Shown piece after piece: positions 51,824 through 64,000 of a DNA stretch of 64,000 bases. A model generated the notes under the pieces. That model did no database searches. It saw only the letters and a list, made by a program, of their open reading frames with translations, and had not been told where the DNA came from. How positions within the stretch are numbered: position 1 is the first letter of the stretch; each line of letters begins with the position of its first letter. This DNA comes from Squalus acanthias. Its lineage: Eukaryota. The DNA lies in the NCBI GenBank assembly GCA_030390025.1, contig CM059431.1, positions 116,190,001-116,254,000 of the forward strand. The letters are read 5' to 3'. The translations under genes were made by a program, and so were the position numbers.

Positions 51824-52674
51824 TTGATGTAATAGATGGCAGGTAAACTTGAGATGACAGAAGCGATCTGTCAATGGTGAAAGAGGTTGTTCCAATGAGG
51901 TGACACTGGATAGAGAGTTTACTCCAAACACTTGCAACCTGCAAAAAGTTCAATCTGTCTTCCAATGCAGTAAGCAACAACTTCTGAGCTTGGAAAGTGA
52001 ATAGATGTGAGATGGGAGCTTTTATAGCACATTTGCAGCTGTCAAGCACAGAGATGATTCCATGGTCATACAACTCTCGACCTGCTTACCTGACGTGATC
52101 CCCGAGCAGTGTGGACCCCATCGGCGACCTCATAAAATGTAAAGGTGAGCTCAAACTACCTCTTAATGGGATGTTGACAAGGTCATAATGACCTGAATTG
52201 CCTCTGTCAGTGCTGTGTGTCGGGTCTGACAGACCCGACATTTGGGAAAGGCATGTAGCAACAGGTTGACATCGGGGTCCCGACCTACTGTCAAAAAAAA
52301 ACGTTTTCCCACCTGATCCACCAATAAATGCGCCCGCTGACCCCCCGAAAAATTCTGCCCTAATTCTTTCTGCTCCTTTGCTCTTTTCAAAGTTTTAGTG
52401 TATATGTCCCATTCTTATTCTTCCTCATAAAATGTATCACCTGACATTTCTCTGTATTAAATTTAATCTGATATCTTTTTCCCCAATCTGCTAATCGGTC
52501 TCCCTGAAGTTGCTTACAGCCCTGTTCAGTTAACTATGCTCATTTTTGTGTCATCTTCAAGTTTGGATACTGTGCCCCATATAGCAAATTCCAGATTATT
52601 TATATATAGAGAAGAGCAGTAGTCCAAATAGTGACACTTAGGGACACCATTGTTTACACCCCTGCCTGCTGCCA

Positions 52675-52846
52675 ATTGCGTTCCAAGGTTCCAAGAAGGA
52701 AGTGGAGCGCTTGATTTAGCGCTTCACTTCCTTCTTGGTACACAAAACTGAATTTTTCTAAGTTTAGAAACATTAGCGCCTGCCGCTAATTTTCTCAACA
52801 TTTAAAATTTAGTGCCCCAAATGGGGCTATAATGAATTTCTCCCCC
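52675..52846 (-). mobile_element. Single-ended fragment of the 11121 MITE family
   Basis: Reverse complement of ~11121-11290. Confidence 0.8.
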
Positions 52847-53949
52847 AAAATATTTTGTTTTTTACATAGATCACTTAGGACAATTTGAAGCATTCGGAGG
52901 TGTAGGCCTCTGAGGCCTGCAACTGTACTTGCATTTCCTCCCCATTTGTTAGGTGCACAGGCCAGCCAGAGGCAGGGCGTATACCAGAAGTTACCCGGGG
53001 CCATACAAATGGCCCAAGGGAGGAAAGCTACAGGCAGCCGCTTCCCCACAGACACCTGAGATGTGCTGCACTTGATTTGCATCCATCAGCTGCACAGAGC
53101 GGAAAATCTACTCTAAAATGTGCAATCAAACTCCGTGGCACAAAACCAGAAAACACAAACACATATGTGACACATAGGTACCAGTACACAAAAAATAATA
53201 GTCTAATTTAGCTCAGTAGGTACTGCTCCTACAGCCCAGCTTTGCCTTATGCGCCTAAAATTCCATTTTTAATGAAAAACAGATGGATGCTTGTTTTCAC
53301 TTGTGAAATTGTAGGAATCCATATGTCTTTAAAACCTGCGATATCTGAGAATGTGATTGAATGAATAAGTTTTCAACTTGGAGAATAACAAATATTTGCC
53401 AACTTTGGACCAATGATAGATTGGCGGTGTGGTCTAATTAATATTATAAGAATTTAATATTTTTTTTCTTGAAGAGTCTTTAGCTGTACTAGCATTGTGA
53501 CTAAGTTAAATTGGTTGTTGCTCACTGGAAACAACAGGGCCAAAAATCTATGGCTAGATCCCTGCCAAAACTTTGTCCACCGGAACAAACAGAATCTAGG
53601 CTGGGACCCAGTTATGCCTGGCAGTGAAGATCCTGAGTGGCCTTGTATATAAGTATGGCATGTTTCTCCTGTACAGCTATAAAGGCAAAGATTAATTAAA
53701 GAATTTGCTTGGCATCAATCTCGCATCAGATTTCTCATCAGAAAGGATTGTTCCAAACTACAAGTGTGACTACCATGAATTTCTAGAGTTTCAAGAAGTT
53801 TATTGTTTTGGAAGAAGCACTGTAAATTAAATTATATTGTTTAAAGTTTCCAGTCTGTTGAATTGCTTTTGCTTGTCTTATTTTTTTATTAAATTTGATT
53901 TGTTGTTGTTAGCCTGTGATATATAATCTGGCTGAGTGCTATTTGTCTG

Positions 53950-54720
53950 CCAGTCAGCGACATCTCTCCAGGGAGGTGGGTTGGCGCAGGAGGCCTTTGA
54001 GGCAGGTGTGAAACCCGGGAGACTGACTTTACCGGCAGGGCCTGATTTCCACGTGAGGATTGGATTCCCGCCCACAGCCAGCCAGCTGCGGGCAGGTAGG
54101 CCTGCAGATGCGGAGAGGGAGTGAGGGGCCGGTCCGGAGGTGGGATCATGGGGGGTGGGGGTCGGAGATCGGCTGGCTCAGTTGGGGATCGCGGGAGAGG
54201 AGGATCGGGGGGGTTCGAGGATCGGCAGGGGGGGGAGAGAGGATCGGTGCTGGCCCCCGGAGGATTGTGGCCGGCCTCAGCATCATAAGTGGGGTGGGCG
54301 GGGAGGCCTCATGGTGGGGATCAGAGGCCTGGGAAGGCGATCAGAGGCTTCATGAGGGGTCTCCGATCGCGGGGGGCGGGTTAGATAGGGACCCTGGATC
54401 CAGGAGGTAGGTATAAAGCCACGTACAGTCCAGCAGTCCCCACCTCGGTTTAACTGCCGGGTTTCATGAATTGTGTGAAACACGTCCACATGCAGTTAAA
54501 TTAAAAATGGAAGTTAAAAAAGAGGCTTACAACTTCATTATAAAATTTAAATTGACGTACCGCCCACTGGGAATGGGTTGGTCGCCCGCCCCCCATCCCG
54601 CCTCTGTTAAAACCAAAAGTGGATAGGATGGAGGCGGGATCAGGTCAGGAATCCTATTTGTAACAATTTAACTGCCCCTACGCCCCAACCTTACCCTTTT
54701 TTTAGGGGAAATTTCTGGCC
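53950..54720. mobile_element. G-rich MITE, left end unclear
   Basis: Right part similar to 43380-43687. Confidence 0.6.
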
Positions 54721-55714
54721 TAAGAGTCGACAGGGAGTCTCTGTACCATTTCCAGTCCATACCTTAACAAGTAAAAAGAATTCATTGTTCCCCCAGCTTA
54801 CTTCACACCTAAGGTCATGTTTTGCTTCATAGGGAGAGAGGAATGCTTATGTAAGTGGGTCTTTGTGTTGGGCATGAAATAAATATCTGGAGGGAGCAGG
54901 GATTTTTACCAGAGCAATCTTACCCCTTTGGCTAGTATCTTGTGTTGTGAGTTTAACTTACAGATTCTGAGCTTGTGACAGGAATGGTGTGCTAAAGTAA
55001 TATAACAAATTGCACAGTGCTTGCGACAAGTTTAATATGGAAATAATGGGTGCTGTTGGTAGGATTGCCATGATTTTGTATACATTAAGATGTTCCCTCT
55101 GAATTGCTGCTGCACTTTGATTTATACAATTTTTATTCCTCGATTCCCATTGGAGTAACTCGACCTGTGAAATGTGATGCACAGCACCAACTGTCACAGA
55201 ACATTAGTTTGAACATTAAACTAATCACTGCCTTCTTACTGCTGCAATTTTGTGAGCCACAGCAGGCCAGACAATTTTCTTTTCGGTAAAGTATTCAGGA
55301 AACTTGTGGCCATCAAACAGAATTTGGAACATTTTCTTATTCTGTTAGGGATAGAATGATTATATTAATTAGACATGTTTTGCATATGCTGATTAGCATG
55401 AATGTGAAGTAAATCTCTCATTTATAACTCAAGGAACATATTTGTAATTTAATGACAAAGAATTATGAATTGGCCATATTTTTAGCATTTCACTCCAAAT
55501 ATGATAATCATCCTCTCACAGATGGTTGACATGCATTGCAATGCAGTCCTTCAATGGTCGTTGAAGGAATGACTTGAATTTGGTGGTCTTAAAACATCCT
55601 GTAAAAATGTGACAGGTGACATAATAGAGGAGATGCTGTGAGGCTGTCAGTGTAGAACTTTGCTGGGTGCAAGTCCATATTTGGAACAAACAGCTAAAAA
55701 TATAGCCAATCCAT

Positions 55715-56128
55715 AGGCTTGTATTCCCTCGAGTATAGAACATTAAGGGGTGATCTAATTGAAGTGTTTAAGATGATTAAAGGAGTTAATAGGGTAGATA
55801 GAGAGAAACTATTTCCTCTGGTGGAGGGAGCCCAGAACAAGGGGGGCTTAACCTTAAAATTAGAGCCAGGCCGTTCAGGTGTGATGTCAGGAAGCACTTA
55901 TTCACACGAATACTTGTGGAAATCTGGAATTCTCTCCCCCAAAAAGCTGTTGAGGCTGGGTCAACTGAAAATTTCAAAACTGAGATTGACATATTTGGGC
56001 TAGGCAAGAGTATTAAGGGAACCAAGGTGGGTAGATGGAGTTAAGATTCAGATCAGCCATGATCTAATTGAATGGCGAAACTGGCTCGAGGGGCTGAATG
56101 GCCTACTCCTGTTCCTAGGTTCCTATGT
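55715..56128 (+). mobile_element. CR1 3' fragment
   Basis: [21 protein letters not shown] and CR1 tail. Confidence 0.85.
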
Positions 56129-56314
56129 AACTCCCCTCCCATAAAGGTAGGAATTGCCAGTGAATTATATAAAATAGTCAGAAAATATCTAAAGCTTTTG
56201 CTCCATAGTGACAAAAGGACATATTCTTGAAAGAAATGAACTGACCTCAAACCTCCTATATAATTAAGAAAATTGATCATATTGAATGCAAACACCATAA
56301 GTGAAACAAATACT

Positions 56315-58812
56315 GGCCTGGATTTTGCAGTAAAAATACTGGGGAGGCTATCCGCACACATCGTTGTTAAAGAATAAATCAGACAGCAACTTCCAATGAC
56401 CACACATTCAGTTAAACATGGAAATCAGGAAGTTGCTGTCCGAGTTGCCCTGCTTTTCCAGAAGTTGTGCCAGAATGGTATCTCGCCGAGAGACTCACCA
56501 TTGAAATACATGGAATGCATGAAGTTGCTGTATTTACCCACTAGGTACCCACTAAACTCACGAGAAAAAGTTAAGTTAATAAGTTTTAATTACTGCCAAA
56601 CAAACTCTCTGGCACTGAAAATTAACTTTTACAAGTGTGGAGTCTCATTCCTTCAGATTTTAATTATTGTTGGAGATTTAAAAAATGTAAATACTTTTTT
56701 TAAACTTTTTCTTTCAGTCTCTTTTTATCTCTCTCTCTCTTAGTCCTATCTTTCTTTCCCTCTCTTTATTTTGCTTTCTGTACATGATATGGCATTGAAT
56801 TAAATATTCTAATTCATACTTCTGTAAAGTTTCGCAATTATCGCAATTCAAAATAACGAGATAGAAGCAGATTCGTTTGATCAGTTTATTTAAACGAAAT
56901 GCTGTCATGATATAAAGGACACAGAAGCCTGTAAAATGGCTGCCGCGCATCGTGGCAGAAGCTTCCAGAAGTACAGTGGGCAGACAAGATGGCGTTTGAA
57001 TAAACATTTTCAATATAAGACGGGATCATACTCGATAAGCACTGATAAAGACAGGATGCAACCTGTTTGCATTTGTGACAATAGCAAAAGATATGAGTGC
57101 TGGAATCGTTTTCCATGCACAAGTAAGGACCATTGTACTGGGCAATCGAAGGCCCATCCAGACACATCAATACACAAATACCCCCATGGCTCTACAATGA
57201 GAGAGCCATTCTTGGGTGATTAAACAAGTATTCGGGGGCCCCCAATACCAGCCAGGGAGACGATTCATACGATCCTGGCTGGGCCAACAATGGGGAAAAC
57301 ATTAACGGGTAGTTGGCCAGTCTCAGGTGCTACCGAAACCCGTTAAAGACAAGAATCACCCCATGCTGGGAGTTTTGAGCGCCAATATTTCACAAAGGAC
57401 AAACATTAAGATTTGGGCGGGAGATAAGGGAACACAGCACTATAACTACAGTGAACAAATGTCCATCGCTCTCTTGACTCGGGCTGAACTCTTGATTCGA
57501 CTTATTCTCCGGGCTCTTATTCTCTTATCTCGCTGCTGACTGCTGAGGGTTTCACTCTCTTATTCGTCTGCCGCTCCATGGACTTGCTTGACTGGTGAGC
57601 TTCTGTGCTTTTCCTGGACTTTGTTGACTCTTAGCCGTACTGGTCGGTTACTCGAATGTTGGGTGGAGCTCAAACGGAACGAGCCGCCTCAACGAGGGCA
57701 AGTGGCCGAGTGCACCATCCCGAGGGTCGGTAAACGGTGTCTGGACCCGAAGGCCCGAAGAGACGAGACGAGACGAGAAGAAGAGGAGAAGAATCTACGT
57801 GCCGCCGCGGTCAGCAAACCCCGACCGCGCCCGAAAATATACGACCCATTTCTTGAACTCTACAGGTTACTGCACGAATCGGTCAAAGACTCTTCTTTGA
57901 ATTCTACCGGCAACTGGTGTCGGTACAGGAAGACTTTTCTTTGAGTTCTACAACCGGGCCCGAGTTCTGTTGAGTTCTTCATGACAACGGGGAGCCCAGC
58001 CTGCTTGCTGCAGCAGCGAAGATAAACAAGTGGGGTACAGTGACCCCTCCAAACACGTGACAGTCAGGCGCTGCAGCGAACGAGCCGAGTGCCTCACTTT
58101 AAAATTCTCCGAAGTATCACGAGTGGTGAGCATGTTTCCCGATCCTACAAATCTAGATGTAGTGTAGGTATTGATAGGGGAGGGTGGTTTTATTAAGGAT
58201 AAAGTATAATGTGTTCCCCTTTTTACGATGTGTCGTGCGTTCTTCATTACCATAGGCCAAGCTTTATGAATGTATGTATACGTGTACTGTCGTTAATTTG
58301 CGCCTATGACATGTACTTCATGATTTTGGACGCTATGCAATAAAGATTTCCATTTCGTACTTTTCAACCAGGTCTATTTGAGTTTTCTCTGCATTACTGC
58401 TCTCGCACCTAAGTCCAGTGTTAGAACCGTAAGGGCGAGTGGGTCGAACCACTCACAGGTGCTTATTGCAACAAGGCTGGCCGGAGACCAGAGCAAGCAA
58501 TAGTATTAGGCAACGAAGGCCTAACCCCGCACCAGCACCGTCTGCGATACAAGCACGCCAAAACCCCTTACACTTCCTGGTTTAGATTTTGCATTGCTCA
58601 TTAAGAATTTTTCAATCTGATTGGTTAAGGAGACACACCATTCCTTGCCCTGTTCACACAGGTTCCAGATCCCATGTAGAGGGTGCCACGCTGAAATGGA
58701 TTTCTAATTATCACAAGTTTCAGTGCAAAAGCCCATAGAACGTCTGTGGATAAGTGTGAGATTAATGAAAGGCTGGCACCATTCATTCGCTGCTGACTGC
58801 AAAATCCGGGCC
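56315..58812. mobile_element. MITE hosting a solo LTR
   Basis: GGCCTGGATTTTGCAGT / ACTGCAAAATCCGGGCC, ACT TSD. Confidence 0.88.
56823..58572 (+). mobile_element. 1750-bp solo LTR (Gypsy/Ty3 or ERV)
   Basis: TGTAA...TTACA termini, 4-bp TSD CTTC, TATAA ~57441, AATAAA ~58339, CpG-rich; the related MITE at 40723 lacks it. Confidence 0.8.
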
Positions 58813-59309
58813 ACTGAACACATACACAGAACATGAAATATATGGATAAGAAAGTAAGAGTCCCTCTCAAGTGAAATTAGTTGTCATTAAACCACAGTAA
58901 TAGGGGCAGAGGCTGATCAGGAATGAATTGTAGAAATACTTTGATGTTTTGGAGTTTTGCTTGATTATCATTTCTTTGTGGGTAAAGGTTGGACGATTTA
59001 GAGAGAAGTTATTAATGTGAGTTAATAAGGATAGATTATAGATAGCCTGTAGAAGATGCAGACTGGATGCACTAAATGCCCTTTTCTGATTCCATGCTCT
59101 CTTATCTTTTGTTTATTGATGCCTTACTGAAAGAAAATCTCTGGAAAGGGTTTAGTTCAGTAGCATTTTTTGATGAGAAATGTTATCAAAGCCTTTCTAA
59201 ATATCTATGAGCACCATGTTATACCATTTCCCACAGTTTAGTTAGGACATCACTTCCTTCAAAAAGTCAAGAAAGCTGATCAAGCAGGATCTTCCTCTTC
59301 TAAAAGGAA

Positions 59310-59675
59310 GATAGGGTAGATTGTTAGGGTAGACATGGAGAAGATGTTTCCACTTGTTGGGGAGTCCAAAACTAGGGGCCATAACTATAAGACAGTCACC
59401 AATAAATCCAATAAGGAATTCAGAAAAAAAACGTCTTTACCCAAAGAGTGGTTAGAATGTGAAACTCACTACCACAAGGAGTAGTTAAGACGAATAGCAT
59501 AGATGCATTTAAGGGGAAGCTAGATAAGCACATGAGGGAGAAAGGAATAGAAGGATATGCTGATAGGGTTAGTTGAAGAGGGATGGGAGCAGGCAATTGT
59601 GGAGCATAAACACTGGCACGGACCATTGGTGCTGAATGGCCTGTTTCTGTGCTGTAGATTCTATGTAATTCTATG
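59310..59675 (+). mobile_element. CR1 3' fragment
   Basis: FPLVGESKTRGH..FTQRVVRM and ATTCTATG tail. Confidence 0.8.
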
Positions 59676-60974
59676 AAAGTTACTTAGGCTGTTATCTAAT
59701 ACTTTATTAACCTACAGCTAATCCTTAATTTTTCTCCTGATAATTGTTCCCATACTGTCATCATATCTTGATGAAAAACTGAGGGGTTACATTCATCCCC
59801 TTTTTGAATAAGGGTAGATAGTTTTCAATTCAATGTGACCTCCCCAAAACGCATTGACTCCTGCATGATAATTGTCATCATATCAAAAATCTTTTCCCTA
59901 CTCTTTGTTTTTTACACTAGGATAAATAAAATCCATCCTGGGGATTTGTTTATTTCCAACCATTTATACATCTCTTGTGAAGCTGAAATCCATAATTTTA
60001 CTTAGATTATCTCTGTTAATTGAGGGCATGCTACTATAGTGAAGACTTCAAGTATTGTTAATTACACAAAGCATTCTCTGTTCATCCTTCACTTTATGCT
60101 CATTAGCATCCATTAAGGTCTCACTTCTTCTCTGGCAATCATCTTACTGTTATAGTATTGCAAGAATGTCTTGCTACTATGATTTGCATCTGCTGCTATG
60201 CTTAATTCTAGATTTTTCTTTGCGCCTCTGACTGCCTTTTGATATGCTTCTGAAGTTTGTTTAGTATTCTTCTCAGTGGATCTCCTGACCTTTCTCCCTG
60301 GAACATCTGGAAATAGTAAGTCTATGTGCATAGAATCATTCATCTGTTGTGAATGAAGATTTACAGTCTGACATAAGACTCAGCTGTTGAAACAGATTTG
60401 TGAATCTGCTGGATAAACACCAGTTAAGCTTATTAAACAAGAGCATATCAAATTGAAGCAGGTTATTTTGTAATTTCTGATCAAAGTACTGGCAGAAATA
60501 TTGCACATACATCCAACTTAGAGCTGGTTGTACATGGGACAAACTCATTGCCACACAGAGCAGAAAGACAAAAACATGGCTTGTGTCATTGATGTGGCAG
60601 CCATGATCTCTTCATGTGAACTGGATGAATAGGAGATTGAGGCACACAAACAGATGTTCAGGAGCAGGGAGAGGATCTATAAGGCTGCAGAGCCATACCT
60701 AGGTCTTAGAAAGAAACAATGGCCTGTAATTTCTTCTATGTGATTTACAGTGCTATTGCCCCTTTTAAGAAAATTGTTGCATTTCCTCGTGAGCTGCAGA
60801 GGGAGCTACGTACAAGCTTCCCGGATATGCTCATTTGCATACCCAGTGGCACTGGCAGTAGTCTAAAACCTGTGTAAAATGGATGTAAGCAGTGGAACCA
60901 CCAGGAAACTTATGTGCAGCCTTTAAAAGCACTCTTCAGCCTGCACTCTTCAGCAGGGCACTGGGGGTCAAGCA

Positions 60975-61090
60975 TATAGAAACATAGAAACTAGGAGCAG
61001 GAGTAGGCCATTCGGCCCGTCGAGCCTGCTCCACCATTCAATACGATCATGGCTGATCATCCAAATCCAGTACCCTGTCCCTGCTTTCTC
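60975..61090 (-). mobile_element. CR1 3' tail
   Basis: AGGAGCAGGAGTAGGCCATTCGGCCC..GAGCC as at 22045. Confidence 0.75.
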
Positions 61091-61421
61091 ACACAGAATC
61101 CCCATCGAGCCTGCACTGACACATATCCCACCCTATCCCCGTAACCCCACGTATTTAATTCCCCCTAACATATCCCATCCTATCCCCGGAACCCCACATA
61201 TTTAATCCCCCCCTAACACTAAGGGTCAATTTATCATAGCCAAATCAACCTAACCCGCACATTTTTGGACTGTGGGAGGAAACCGGAGCACCCGGAGGAA
61301 ACCCACGCAGACACGGGGAGAATGTGCAAATTTCACACAGACAGTCACCCGAGGCCAGATTCGAACGCGGGTCCCTGGCGCTGTGAGGCACCAGTGCTAA
61401 CCACTATGCCACCGTGTTGCC
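61091..61421 (-). mobile_element. V-SINE (HE1-like) with internal tandem duplication
   Basis: Reverse complement has A/B boxes (TGGCATAGTGG, GTTCGAATC) and V-domain GGGTTTCCTCCGGGTGCTCCGGTTTCCTCCCAC. Confidence 0.88.
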
Positions 61422-61512
61422 CACGACAGAAAAAGTGCTTCAATCTTTCATTTCTTTCTCCAATTGCTTCATGCGTAGCTCACCAATATTTTGATTATAT
61501 GCCAGCAAATTA

Positions 61513-62780
61513 ATGACCATTCAGGTTCCATCTGTGCCCAGAGGGCAACTGAGCAGGGAACCATCTAGGAGAAGAAGACAGAACCTCAGTGATGAAGACC
61601 TCCAAGCTGTACTCAATGAGATTGAAGACAGATGGCACGGACTTCTTGGTGCGCGTTTTACCAAGTCTCCCTGGATTGTGCGAAGGGACATGGCAGTGGT
61701 AATGAGTGCCAACTCCTTCACCCCCAGGACGGTAGAACAGTGCCATACGAAGTTCAATGACCTGATCAGGCGGAAAAGGTAACACACTAACACACACTCC
61801 TTTTTTAACTTGTCCACCCTGGGCACCAGCACACTCTTCACACTCTTAAAGCAATAACGTACTTACAAAAATAATGTTCACACCACACTCTGAATGAAGG
61901 AAGCTCTAACTCCCTAACCTGCATTATGGCTACACAGTTCCTCTGACAAACAAGAACTGCCTTGCACAAACCCAAAACCCCTTCCTTCACGTTATTACCC
62001 TCACAACTCCACAATGCCCACCAAAGGCAGGCCACTGAAGGGGCGATCCCCACCGTCAAACCCCTCACCCCCCTTCAAGGTCAAGGCCCATGAGCACTCA
62101 AACGGCTATTAATGTGGCGGATGGGAAGGTCAGCGGCAGCTCGCCAGCACCAGATGTGGAACTGAGCGTTTACCTAGCAACCCACTGAAGTACCACATAC
62201 ACACAACTTTCCACCCCTTTCTCTGTCTCCTTAGTCCCGAGGGGATAATGCTCGCCCATTCACACCTTATACCATCCTTTCCTGCAGAACCACGACAGTA
62301 ACAAGGTGATGGGGCGAGGGCCGGGTTGGGGTGGGGGGTGGGGGGGCACCACTGTAAGAAGATTAGGATGACGCGAAGAAGGAACTGGGGAATTTTTTCT
62401 CTCTTGTGAAATAGGAAGATGATGAATCGGAGCACGAGGACCAGCTTACCCACCATTTCAAACTGTTTCATCCTGCTCCGTCTTCAGTTCCAACACCCTC
62501 CAACTTACCGGCTGCAGCACTTGCTTACTCTCTCCCAGGCACCAACTGAGAGACTTTCACCTGGGGGGCAATTAAATAGTGGTAGTGAGGAATTGAGCCA
62601 AGGTGATTCAATGAGCACAAGAGATCTAGAGGAGTGGGAGTGGGGTAGGATATGCTCCCTTACCAGTGGAGTGAGGCGGAGGCTGCTTATGGCTTTGGAG
62701 TTGTGAGACCCAGAACTCATGGGGACCTGTGTGAAAAGAAGGATGTTGGAGGAAGATCGCACCTATGTGTAGACTCTGAC
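61513..62780 (+). pseudogene. Decayed Harbinger Myb/SANT-like gene
   Basis: NLSDEDLQAVLNEIEDR..PRTVEQCHTKFNDLIRRK followed by a GT donor at ~61779; downstream exons approximate. Confidence 0.68.
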
Positions 62781-63378
62781 AACAATCTTCTCCAGAATGT
62801 GTGGCAACTGAAGGTGTGACTATTTAGTTTACAGCTGTCCTTTGCAGCAACATGACAAAAGATTTGTCTTACTTGCAGGCACCAATGCAGCAAGTGGCAG
62901 ATGCATGGAAATCTGCAACAGATACCCAGCTAAACAGCAGCCAGAGACCATTCGGTACCCCTGCCTCCATGGAGGCATAGACTGCAGCTCAGGAGGCAAG
63001 AGCGTTCGGATTGGAGCACAGTATTGTTCACGGCTTCTATACAGATGCAACTGATGTGTCTCGAGCCCTGAAAAGAGGTAAAGCCATAAAAGTCGAGTGC
63101 AGCGGTGACCTTCATTTCTACAAAGAGAGCAATGCTGGCAAATGAGCTTGATCCTGTGGCCCGTATTTTCAGATGCCTACCGGTGTGTACGGGCTGTGTA
63201 CACACCCGTAGGGACATCGGAAATGCCGGTTTCAGGCATGCGAAGCGCATGCGCTGAAAACCGGCATTTCCGATCTGTGAAGAATACTCTTCACAGATCG
63301 GACGCCTGTCCTTGAGAAGGGCCTCTGCGGGGGGAGAGTTCCTATTTCTGCAGAACCTCCGCCCGCTGAAAACCTTTA

Positions 63379-63465
63379 GGGGGAGAAATTTGGTATCGCC
63401 CCGTTTGGGGCGCAATTATCGGCCGGGCGCTAATGGGAGGCGCAAAGCAACCAAATTTTTCCCCC
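63379..63465. mobile_element. 87-bp Harbinger mini-MITE
   Basis: GGGGGAGAAATT / AATTTTTCCCCC, TTA TSD; made of both ends of the 44140 family. Confidence 0.92.
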
Positions 63466-63701
63466 TTAGAAATCTTACGCCTGGTAAAAGCAAGCGTAAG
63501 GCTTGCTTTTACCAGCATAAGAGTTGAAAAAAGTTTTTAAAACAAAATTCACTCATTTATAATTTAAAAATACTTTTAAAAAAGGTTAGCCCTGTAAAAA
63601 CCGTTAATTATTTTTTTCAAAAAATTAAATTTTTGTTTAAAATATTTACTTGAATGTAATTTTAACTCATTTTAAAAATGTGATGGTTTTTTAAAAACAG
63701 T

Positions 63702-64000
63702 GGGGGAAAAATTCAGTTGCGCCCCATTTGGGGCGCAAATATCGTCCGGGCGCAAAAGTTAGCGCCTGGCGCTAATTATCGCCACTGACTGGAAACTTCA
63801 CATTTAACACCCCGGGAGGTGATTGGAGCGCTAAATCAGGCGCTGCGCACCTGTCTTAAGGTGCAAAGGCCGAGGAGTGAGGCGCTAACTCAGAGCGCGA
63901 GCGCAGCGCAGGTGCTGCCAGTTAGCGAGGGAACACAGACATACTGGCGCCGGCCAGTTCTTAAAGGGGGGGTCGATCTTGCTCCCCAGCCACTCCCTGC
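63702..64000 (+). mobile_element. Start of another Harbinger of the 44140 family (Myb-side end), running off the window
   Basis: Aligns with the reverse complement of ~48223-48522. Confidence 0.9.

Larger units (their letters stand above)
50328..52340. mobile_element. Non-autonomous Harbinger with Myb exon-1 remnant (~50620-50785, +)
   Basis: TAA TSD, degenerate TIRs; REVLFPSNGWKRPP..AWLHIAQE..FNYL; left end related to inverted 16610-16915. Confidence 0.72.
49711..52650 (-). mobile_element. Old CR1 3' half, interrupted by 50328-52340
   Basis: LGLFSLQQRMLIGDLIK; SKLEDDTK near 52550. Confidence 0.75.

Noticed and set aside
52085..52105. CTTACCTGACG as a ninth hammerhead
   Set aside because: Core is CTGACGT, with no stem II or GAAA
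57588..57944. Accessory viral ORF inside the LTR
   Set aside because: No ATG start and no recognisable domain; length expected by chance in GC-rich DNA

Overview
This window is eukaryotic, repeat-dominated DNA, most likely from a cartilaginous fish, judging by its DeuSINE/SacSINE1-like and HE1-like V-SINEs and shark-type CR1/L2 tails. I could not recognise any host-gene exon. It is a stack of nested transposons: (i) PIF/Harbinger DNA transposons, including one near-complete element at 44140-48522 (TIRs, ATG TSD, DDE transposase with one internal stop, convergent 3-exon Myb/SANT gene), one element split by a 10-kb LINE nest, several Myb-only derivatives and more than 10 MITEs with 3-bp TSDs; (ii) CR1 and L2 LINEs; (iii) a 1.75-kb TG...CA solo LTR; (iv) six insertions or fragments of Penelope-like (GIY-YIG, Neptune-type) retroelements. 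The most striking signal is eight minimal hammerhead-ribozyme motifs (CUGANGA...GAAA-NN-UH) in the Penelope pseudo-LTRs. Three Penelope insertions share one inverted geometry, with both 3' ends facing outward and only one arm carrying a tail. The smallest is a ~215-bp, TSD-flanked, non-coding palindrome made only of two ribozyme-bearing ends. Family names come from motif recognition, not database searches.
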